The notes below the pieces were generated by a model. The model did not search any database, was not told the origin of the DNA, and saw nothing but the letters and a program-made list of their open reading frames with translations. A stretch of 54,292 bases of DNA from a virus (taxonomy: Duplodnaviria; Caudoviricetes), in the IMG/VR virus record IMGVR_UViG_3300032093_000181, positions 1-54,292 of that record; one strand, written 5' to 3'. Of the stretch, positions 26,846 through 33,746 are shown piece after piece. A program made the position numbers and the translations under genes. Each line of letters starts with the position of its first letter. Position 1 is the stretch's first letter.

Positions 26846-27802
26846 TCACTCGTCCCCGTCGTCCTCCTCGTCGCGCCCGATGCGCTTGAATGCTCCGAAC
26901 TGTGTGAGCAGGTCGTCCATCTCGTCCTTGACTGCCTTGCGCTTTGTTGCGTACTCGCGCAGGTCGTCCGTTGTCACGCCACGCAGCGCAGACTCCAGCT
27001 TTGCGCGGGCTTCCTCGATCTCCTCGTTGCCTGTCAGGTTGAAGTCCCGCAGGATGGCGCACATTTCCCGCGCCTGATCGAACGTAGCCTCGACGATCTT
27101 GGGCCTGCGTCCCTTCTTGACCGTGCCGTCCTCGGCCACGGTTTCCTCGGGCTCAGAGCAGGCGTGAGCCACACGCTCAGCCAGAGAGACCAACCGCGTT
27201 GCAGCTTTGTCCATTGCTGCCTTGACGATTGTCTCCGTCTGTTTCTGGTAGTGTGTATGCAGGTCGGACGCCAACTCCTCGCTGACCGCGTTGCGGAAGT
27301 CACCACGCGGCACGTCAGTGACCAGCAACCTCATGTTGAACTTAGCCAGGATAGTTTGCAGGTCAGGGTAGTCTGCCCTGTTAAACAGGTCGCCTTGTTC
27401 GAAGGCCATGTTCGCCACGATGCCGTTGTACTCGGCAGCGAACTTCTCCTTGAGCAGGTTGAACTGCGCCAAGTGCTGCTCGTACTCCTTCTGGAACTTC
27501 GGCAGTTGCATCATTGGTAACAGGCGAGACTTACCCGCCCAGTCATACGTGCATCTCTGCAGCCAGTTGTAGACCGTTTGACGATGATTCACCAGGGCTT
27601 TGTGCGTGGCGTTACCTGCCATCAGCATTTTGGTGAACTTGCCAGCATCGGCAGATGCCTTCTTCTGGGTTGTCACCTCGTTGGAGACCGTCTTGTCTTG
27701 CTTTGTGCCCACCCACGTGGACACCTCGACGGATACCACGTAGCAGGATGAGTGCAAAGAGGTGAGGTGCGAAGGGGCGGAGAGAGTTGTATCGATTGAC
27801 AT
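26846..27802 (-). CDS. Hypothetical protein, DUF3150-like (partner of the AAA/vWA module)
   Basis: 318 aa (VEVSTWVGTKQD..AGKFTKML..DYP), helical C-terminus, adjacent to the ATPase. Family call is tentative. Confidence 0.55.
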   Translation of the reverse strand: MSIDTTLSAPSHLTSLHSSCYVVSVEVSTWVGTKQDKTVSNEVTTQKKASADAGKFTKMLMAGNATHKALVNHRQTVYNWLQRCTYDWAGKSRLLPMMQLPKFQKEYEQHLAQFNLLKEKFAAEYNGIVANMAFEQGDLFNRADYPDLQTILAKFNMRLLVTDVPRGDFRNAVSEELASDLHTHYQKQTETIVKAAMDKAATRLVSLAERVAHACSEPEETVAEDGTVKKGRRPKIVEATFDQAREMCAILRDFNLTGNEEIEEARAKLESALRGVTTDDLREYATKRKAVKDEMDDLLTQFGAFKRIGRDEEDDGDE

Positions 27803-27815
27803 GATGTTTCCTTTG

Positions 27816-27974
27816 TCAGTTGATGTTATTCACGGGGGTGGGAGCACGAAGTTCATGGATGGTTGCAGCTTCGAAAGTCTGCTCATCCACCCAGGCGAAC
27901 GCCTGATCTTCAGTGTCGAATGGACCGTACAAGCGCATCGGCTCGTGGGCATGGAAAAGAACTGCGATGAACAT
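27816..27974 (-). CDS. Small hypothetical protein (YGPFDT motif)
   Basis: 52 aa from ATG 27974 with GGAG RBS. Confidence 0.55.
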   Translation of the reverse strand: MFIAVLFHAHEPMRLYGPFDTEDQAFAWVDEQTFEAATIHELRAPTPVNNIN

Positions 27975-28017
27975 AAGAACTCCGGTAGTGGTTAGTGGTT
28001 CAGTGTGTGGTGGGTTG

Positions 28018-28236
28018 TTATCTGTACAGCCCTCCCTTGTTGTTGATGCCAAGCAGGTCGTCCCTGTCCGTGATGAGCAGGTAGTTGGACTTGTGCATCG
28101 GCACGATGGTGTGACGGACGCTTCGCGCCCGGTCCTCGCCACATGGCAGGCAGAGTTGGTAGCCAGCCAGACGACGGGCGGCAGAGTAGGTGTCACCACA
28201 GGCGACACACAGGGGCTTCATGGGTTTCACGGGCAT
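28018..28236 (-). CDS. C4 zinc-finger protein (DksA/TraR-like spacing)
   Basis: CVACGDTYSAARRLAGYQLCLPC; GAGGAG RBS. Confidence 0.6.
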   Translation of the reverse strand: MPVKPMKPLCVACGDTYSAARRLAGYQLCLPCGEDRARSVRHTIVPMHKSNYLLITDRDDLLGINNKGGLYR

Positions 28237-28240
28237 CTCC

Positions 28241-28555
28241 TCAGTTGTCGCAGGTGATGTGGCTGAATGACCACTCGCTGATCTCGCCACGCTCGACGAT
28301 GAACGAGCAGATCCACTCATCGATCTTGAACCGATGCATTTCCAACGGAGTTGCATCCACCGGGTCTTCCCAAGTGTGGGAAGTGCGGCAGTGAGGCTTG
28401 AGGATGGTGCGCAGGCGGCACCATTGCAGGAAACGGGCAGGGTCCCGTTGGAGGCGTAGCAGTGTGGAGTGACTCACACTGCGCTGAATGACTACCTCAG
28501 GGAAGACACGGAAGTTCATCTGGTCGTCGAAGACGAGGGATTTGATGCGAGACAT
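28241..28555 (-). CDS. Hypothetical protein
   Basis: 104 aa; GAGGAG RBS. Confidence 0.6.
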   Translation of the reverse strand: MSRIKSLVFDDQMNFRVFPEVVIQRSVSHSTLLRLQRDPARFLQWCRLRTILKPHCRTSHTWEDPVDATPLEMHRFKIDEWICSFIVERGEISEWSFSHITCDN

Positions 28556-28572
28556 GGCAGTTGCTCCTCAGA

Positions 28573-28911
28573 TCAAAGGACGCTGTAGCCCTGGAAGTCG
28601 TACTCCCAGGCATTGACGATGGTCAGGCCGTGCAGGTCTTCAGACCCGTCTGAATCGTTGAACTCTGCGGACCCGTCGAGGTCGAAGTCAGGATCGACCG
28701 TATTGGCCCGCAGGATGTGGGCATCGTCGGAGTCGCAGATGTCTGGGGTGTCTGCATCCCAGTTGGTGTAGGTCTGGGGGATTGCGGCAGGCTTCACTAC
28801 GCGCAGGGCCTTGCGGGTGGCTCTAGGTAGGAACTCATGCGTGGCTGGGCTGATAGATACGAACCCAGCAAGGATGGGGGAACGAGGACGAGCGTACATG
28901 ACTGACTCCAT
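28573..28911 (-). CDS. Hypothetical protein with acidic C-terminus
   Basis: First gene after the consensus promoter; GAGG RBS; Asp-rich second half. Confidence 0.55.
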   Translation of the reverse strand: MESVMYARPRSPILAGFVSISPATHEFLPRATRKALRVVKPAAIPQTYTNWDADTPDICDSDDAHILRANTVDPDFDLDGSAEFNDSDGSEDLHGLTIVNAWEYDFQGYSVL

Positions 28912-28980
28912 AACTAGTACCTCAGGCAGAGGTGGGTGACTGAATAGGACTGTGTCAGAGCGCATTGCCCCAACACGCGC

Positions 28981-29009
28981 ATTATAGGGGGTTTTGTGAC
29001 GTATGTCAA
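28981..29009 (-). promoter_or_regulatory. Perfect-consensus sigma70 early promoter
   Basis: Minus strand TTGACA-TACGTCACAAAACCCCC (17 nt)-TATAAT. Confidence 0.9.
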
Positions 29010-29447
29010 GACTTCTGGGCAACTTTGTTTATTAGAAGGCTCGGATACGTCATTTGTGACGTATTATAGGGCACAAATGGGGGTTGTTCCAGGATTTGTT
29101 CCAAGTGACGTAAAAAAATCTTGTGTAGAACGTGCAAGGAACGGTTGTAAGTGCTTGAATATAAAGAGAAAAATGATGTTTTGTTCTTGTTCTAAGTTTA
29201 GAGGGGGGAGGGCTCCTAGGAGACCATGTTTTTTTCTGTGGATAACTTCTTGCAAAACCTCGCTTGACCTCTCTGTTCCACCAAAAAATTCATGCCCTTT
29301 ACCGTCACCCCTCATTTTGGCTAGAACACTAGAACAGTGGGAACAAATCCGAATTTCCCTTGTGTGACAACAACTTACGTGTAAGGAACCACTAACTTTT
29401 TCTGGAACACGACTAGAACATTGGAACAAAAATAGGGGTAAAAAGGG

Positions 29448-29628
29448 CTTGACAAACGGGATTTTTTCTGGCAACATGCACATCCAGTGCATGTTGAAAT
29501 TAAACGTCACAAATGAGCAAAATCCGCCTCCGGGCGGATTTCCTACTTCTGAGTAGGGTTACTTGACAAAACGGATTTTTTCTGGCAACATGCACATCCA
29601 GTGCATGTTGAAATTTTACGGCACAAAT
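29448..29628 (+). repeat. Tandem ~67-bp direct repeats (29448-29514, 29562-29628), each a promoter-like unit with an internal palindrome
   Basis: Each copy has TTGACA-17 nt-CAACAT with an extended -10 TG and the palindrome CAACATGCAC-ATCCA-GTGCATGTTG. Period 114 bp. Confidence 0.85.
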
Positions 29629-29666
29629 CGGGTTCAGTTGCGATCTCCCTCCTTGTCATCAAGGTT

Positions 29667-29694
29667 AGTCCACCTCAATAGGTGGACTTTTTTT
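29667..29694 (+). terminator. Rho-independent terminator
   Basis: AGTCCACCT-CAAT-AGGTGGACT followed by a T run. Confidence 0.8.
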
Positions 29695-29706
29695 ATCCAT
29701 AGTGGT

Positions 29707-29802
29707 TTTTGTTCCAGTGTTCTGGTTATACGTCATTGTTCCAGGGTGTAGTGTGACGTATTGGTTAGAACAATGACGTATAACCGGAACATCAGAACAA
29801 AA
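29707..29802. repeat. Long imperfect inverted repeat (~35-bp arms)
   Basis: TTTTGTTCCAGTGTTCTGGTTATACGTCATTGTTC ... GAACAATGACGTATAACCGGAACATCAGAACAAAA. The inner 23 bp have one mismatch. Confidence 0.85.
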
Positions 29803-29952
29803 TGACTGATTAGCAGTACATACAACACTGAATCGCTAATTAGCGGCTCAGCCGAGGCTGGCGTCCTAAATAACAACCTTGCGCGAAACCTTGCGCCCGC
29901 ACACGCGAGCACGCGCGCGACGATTAAGAACTGGTTTCAAATAGCGCGGACG

Positions 29953-29988
29953 AAAAAAAGCCCCACGATGCGCGGGGCATCGTGGGGC
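29953..29988 (-). terminator. Rho-independent terminator
   Basis: 12-bp stem GCCCCACGATGC/GCATCGTGGGGC followed by 7 T on the minus strand, just after the 29996-30619 gene. Confidence 0.85.
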
Positions 29989-29995
29989 GTGGGGG

Positions 29996-30619
29996 TTAGC
30001 CTAAGGCTTTCCTGAAGGCATCAATTGCCATTCTGAGTTTGGCTTCGTCAGGGGCTGTTGCGTCTCCCCTGGACTTCGCAGTCTTTGCCCTGGACTTGAA
30101 TTCGTCCAATTGGCCAGAGAGCCAATCCGCGTAGTCTTTGGCCTGAACCCGTGTTCGGGGCTTGGCATCGTTGACGATGCGTTTGATCTGCGTCATCAGG
30201 TCAGCTACCCGATTAGCACAGTACTTTTGGAACTTCTCGCGTACCGGTTGCACTGCACCATACTTGCCGGGGTCAGTGCCCTTGAACTTGCCGAATTCTT
30301 GCTGGGTGAATGACATCGCGAAATGCACTGTCACCAGCATTTCACCCTCTTGCGCCGGGGCATCGGCAGGGAGCGGGTTCCATTCTTTGGTGTAACGCTG
30401 GCCGGGGTTAATCTCCCCATAACGCAACATCCAACCTTCCGCCAAGCCGGCTTTGTTTTCGGAAGAGAGACCATTCTCTGACACATCAGGCTGCAGCGTC
30501 ATCACGTAAGCAGCAATTGCTGCCAGCGTTTCGACACTTTGTGCACCCTTGTAACCCGCATCTTTGAGGGATGTAGGTTGATAGAACGGGGAAACCGGGG
30601 TCTTTTGCTTTGCACTCAT
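29996..30619 (-). CDS. Hypothetical early protein
   Basis: 207 aa, GGAG RBS, with its own promoter and terminator. Confidence 0.75.
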   Translation of the reverse strand: MSAKQKTPVSPFYQPTSLKDAGYKGAQSVETLAAIAAYVMTLQPDVSENGLSSENKAGLAEGWMLRYGEINPGQRYTKEWNPLPADAPAQEGEMLVTVHFAMSFTQQEFGKFKGTDPGKYGAVQPVREKFQKYCANRVADLMTQIKRIVNDAKPRTRVQAKDYADWLSGQLDEFKSRAKTAKSRGDATAPDEAKLRMAIDAFRKALG

Positions 30620-30682
30620 GATTTTGCTCCAATAGTGCGTTGAAACATACGCGACGTCACCGCGACGTCGTTCTGTAGTGTT

Positions 30683-30724
30683 TGTATAGCTGATACTGGC
30701 CCGCTAATCAACTTCTCAGGGGGA
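30683..30724 (-). promoter_or_regulatory. Promoter with upstream TCCCCCTGAGAA box
   Basis: Minus strand TCCCCCTGAGAA-G-TTGATT-17 nt-TATACA. Confidence 0.65.
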
Positions 30725-30796
30725 ACTGAACCACTATCTAGCGCCCACGCCCGCGCCCAGACACGCGCGACGACCAAGAACTGGCATCGATGGGCC

Positions 30797-30831
30797 AAAA
30801 GAAAAGGCGCAGGGCCGGAGCCCTGCGCCTT
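30797..30831 (-). terminator. Rho-independent terminator
   Basis: Minus strand AAGGCGCAGGGC-TCCG-GCCCTGCGCCTT followed by TTCTTTT. Confidence 0.85.
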
Positions 30832-30845
30832 GCAACCCTGTCGGG

Positions 30846-31343
30846 TCAGTCTGGACAGACGAACTTGTATTCGTCTTGCACGACTGTCTTTGTGCCGACT
30901 ATCACTCGCTGGCACGTGCTGTCTGACTTGACGTGTACCCCAATCCGAATGCTGAGATCTTCATTGCTGAATTGGTGCTCACGCTCGCCCCAGTCTTTTC
31001 CAACGTAGTCCCTCGACTTTGCGTTGGGGCAAACGTCGTTGGCGTAACCCAGCAAGTTACAAACCAAATCACTGTTGAGTGTGTCTTGGTTATACAGCGC
31101 CAACGTAATCTCAACTCTGCCGTAGTGACTCGAGACGCCGACGTGTCGGTCATTCTCTGGTACACCATCGAGGAGCATACAGAGCCGGGTCAGGACAGGT
31201 TGTACGACCGTATACCGCGCTTTGCGCAAATCACTTGCGCGGCGCTTCACTTCAGCAGCTTCACGCTTGAGACTCTCAAGCGTTGCCTTGATGATTCCAC
31301 GGGAAACCAGGACCGAACGGTCCACCTTTGTCGTCTTAGCCAT
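30846..31343 (-). CDS. Hypothetical early protein (first gene of the leftward arm)
   Basis: 165 aa, AGGAGG RBS, with its own promoter and terminator. Confidence 0.75.
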   Translation of the reverse strand: MAKTTKVDRSVLVSRGIIKATLESLKREAAEVKRRASDLRKARYTVVQPVLTRLCMLLDGVPENDRHVGVSSHYGRVEITLALYNQDTLNSDLVCNLLGYANDVCPNAKSRDYVGKDWGEREHQFSNEDLSIRIGVHVKSDSTCQRVIVGTKTVVQDEYKFVCPD

Positions 31344-31392
31344 GTTGGCCTCCTAGTAAACACTGAACAGCACCGCGCTGCCCAGTGATTTG

Positions 31393-31434
31393 TATATAGC
31401 ATGGTGCTGTTCCGAAAGCGAATTCTCAGGGGGA
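31393..31434 (-). promoter_or_regulatory. Promoter with upstream TCCCCCTGAGAA box
   Basis: Minus strand TCCCCCTGAGAA-T-TCGCTT-17 nt-TATATA, with an extended -10 TG. Confidence 0.6.
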
Positions 31435-31533
31435 TTGACCCACCGCACCCGGACCCCCCTAGCTGGTAACGGGTCCCCCCGCGCACCCCACACCCCATGA
31501 TCTACACAAACAACTCCGCACTTTCCAAAACTC

Positions 31534-31593
31534 CACTTCGTTTTATACGTCACTTCGTTCCATACGTCACTTGTCCTTCGTTCCATACGTCAC
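31534..31593. repeat. Three tandem ATACGTCAC repeats interleaved with CTTCGTT
   Basis: ATACGTCAC at 31545, 31562 and 31585, in the C-rich divergence region. Confidence 0.8.
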
Positions 31594-31681
31594 ATCCTAG
31601 AAACACCCCCCGTCAGGGACTCCTACCTCCTTTTCAAAATACGTGCTACATTTCGCGCACTGTTTCATAGTGCGACTTCCT

Positions 31682-32245
31682 ATGGACCTCATACCAGACA
31701 TCGAAGACAGCATTCCCCTGCCCGCAAGCGCCCAAGAGGCGTATCCAGAGATGACTCCCCGCGAGGAGTTGGAAATGCGGGCTCGGACAATCAAAATGAT
31801 TGCCGATCTCACGGGTGCGATCATTGCGCCCGACGAGAGTTCACAGTCAGCAGCTAGAGAAATCGCTGCCGATCTCATCAAGGGCGGGCCTATCCGCCCG
31901 GATATGGCGGTTTACCCCAACGAGACCATTGCCTATCTTGCAGGGCTGGTTGCTCAGTACGACTCTCAGGTTGTACAAGAGCTTGCCAACCTCAAACGCT
32001 TCGTAGTCAACAAACTAATCGAAGAATCTGCCCATCCTGACGGAAAAGTACGCCTGCAAGCTATCAAAGCCTTGGGCGAAGTCGATGGCGTCGATGCCTT
32101 CAAGAAGCGCACCGAGATGACGGTCAAGAATCAGTCTCTGGAAGAGGTCGAACGCGAGCTTCTGGAGACTCTTTCCAAGCTGGAAGCCCGGACTGTGGAC
32201 GTACCGATGGTGGAAGTGGTCGAAAATGAGCCAACTAACGCCTGA
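31682..32245 (+). CDS. Putative terminase small subunit
   Basis: Immediately upstream of and overlapping terL; RLQAIKALGE C-terminal pattern. Start uncertain (GTG 31643 is possible). Confidence 0.55.
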   Translation: MDLIPDIEDSIPLPASAQEAYPEMTPREELEMRARTIKMIADLTGAIIAPDESSQSAAREIAADLIKGGPIRPDMAVYPNETIAYLAGLVAQYDSQVVQELANLKRFVVNKLIEESAHPDGKVRLQAIKALGEVDGVDAFKKRTEMTVKNQSLEEVERELLETLSKLEARTVDVPMVEVVENEPTNA

Positions 32246-33737
32246 TAAGGTACTTCAGTTGAAGAAATCCCTTCCGTACATGACGGAAGCGGATAAAAGA
32301 AAGACGCTGGAACTGCTAAAACGCTGGGAAAGCGAATATATTCAGTCAAAAGGTAAAGATTCACTGCTGGATTTCGTCCAACACGTATATCCGGGGTATA
32401 AAGTAGGCCCCCACCACCGTAGATTGATCCAGATATTCGAAGATATTGCCAACGGCATCAAAAAACGGGTGATTGTGAATATCGCCCCCCGTCATGGCAA
32501 GTCAGAATTGATATCTTATCTCGCTCCCGCGTGGTTTTTAGGCAGATACCCCCACAAAAAGGTCATCATGTCCAGCCATACGGCGGATTTGGCAGTTAAT
32601 TTTGGCCGTAGAGTGCGTAATCTGGTGGGTTCGGACTCGTATAAGGACATATTCCCGCAGGTCGAACTACAAGCGGACAGTAAATCTGCCTCACGTTGGG
32701 GTACAAACTTCAATGGCGAGTACTTCGCTATTGGTGTAGGTGGCGCGTTGGCAGGTCGAGGCGCTGATCTGTTCATCATTGACGATCCACACAGCGAACA
32801 AGACGCAAAAACAGGGCGTCCGGACGTATTTTTACCTGCTTGGGAGTGGTTTCAGTCGGGCCCCATCCAGCGTTTGATGCCTGGAGGTGCCATTATTGTC
32901 GTGATGACGCGCTGGTCTAAACTGGATTTGACAGGTCAAATTGTCAATCAGATGCAACGCGAAGAAGGCGTTGACCAGTGGGAAGTGGTCGAATTCCCTG
33001 CAATTCTAAATGAAAAGCCACTTTGGGGGGAATTCTGGAGCCTTGACGAACTGCTTGCTAAAAAAGCGGGTATGGATATTCGGTACTGGGAAGCCCAGTA
33101 CATGCAGAACCCCGTATCTGAAGAAGGCGCACTGATTAAACGTGAGTGGTGGAAAATTTGGGAAAAAGAAGACCCTCCCAAATGTGAGTTCCTTATTATG
33201 TCGCTGGACGCTGCTCAAGAGGCAAATACCCGAGCGGACTACAATGCTTTGACTACCTGGGGGGTATTCTTCAATGAGGAAACAGACAACTTCAACATTA
33301 TATTGTTGAACGCCATCAAGAAGCGGATGGAGTTTCCTGAGCTTAAGAAACTCGTACTTGAAGAATATAACGAGTGGGAGCCCGATGCGTTCGTGGTGGA
33401 GAAGAAGTCCAACGGGGCGGCTCTCTATCAGGAGCTACGTCGCATGGGAGTGCCCATAGGAGAGTTCACTCCGGGTAAGGGCCAAGACAAGATTTCTCGT
33501 GTGAATGCTGTCTCTGATCTGTTTTCTTCAGGCATAGTGTGGGCACCTGACAGGCGGTGGGCGAGAGAGGTCATTGAAGAGTGCAACGACTTTCCTAGCG
33601 GTGCCAACGACGACCTCGTGGATTCGACAACTCAAGCGCTGTTGCGTTTCAGGCAAGGCGGTTTTATCCGATTGCCGACAGACGTAAAGGAAGAAGTGAC
33701 TTACTTCAAGAGTAGCCGCAGAGCGGCGTACTACTAA
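32226..33737 (+). CDS. terL: Terminase large subunit
   Basis: NIAPRHGKS (Walker A), GRGADLFIIDDPH (Walker B), VMTRW, YMQNP, nuclease motifs SLDAA and DDLVDS. Confidence 0.95.
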   Translation: MSQLTPDKVLQLKKSLPYMTEADKRKTLELLKRWESEYIQSKGKDSLLDFVQHVYPGYKVGPHHRRLIQIFEDIANGIKKRVIVNIAPRHGKSELISYLAPAWFLGRYPHKKVIMSSHTADLAVNFGRRVRNLVGSDSYKDIFPQVELQADSKSASRWGTNFNGEYFAIGVGGALAGRGADLFIIDDPHSEQDAKTGRPDVFLPAWEWFQSGPIQRLMPGGAIIVVMTRWSKLDLTGQIVNQMQREEGVDQWEVVEFPAILNEKPLWGEFWSLDELLAKKAGMDIRYWEAQYMQNPVSEEGALIKREWWKIWEKEDPPKCEFLIMSLDAAQEANTRADYNALTTWGVFFNEETDNFNIILLNAIKKRMEFPELKKLVLEEYNEWEPDAFVVEKKSNGAALYQELRRMGVPIGEFTPGKGQDKISRVNAVSDLFSSGIVWAPDRRWAREVIEECNDFPSGANDDLVDSTTQALLRFRQGGFIRLPTDVKEEVTYFKSSRRAAYY

Positions 33738-33746
33738 GGACACCAA

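Noticed and set aside
29448-29628. Two palindromic direct repeats as a mini-CRISPR array
   Set aside because: The units are about 67 bp, only two copies, and contain -35/-10 elements. The sequence between them is itself made of hairpins, and no cas genes are present.
28996-29751. ORFs 28996-29367 (+), 29064-29510 (-) and 29563-29751 (+)
   Set aside because: No clear RBS, odd composition, and they run through promoters, repeats and a terminator. The region is treated as non-coding.
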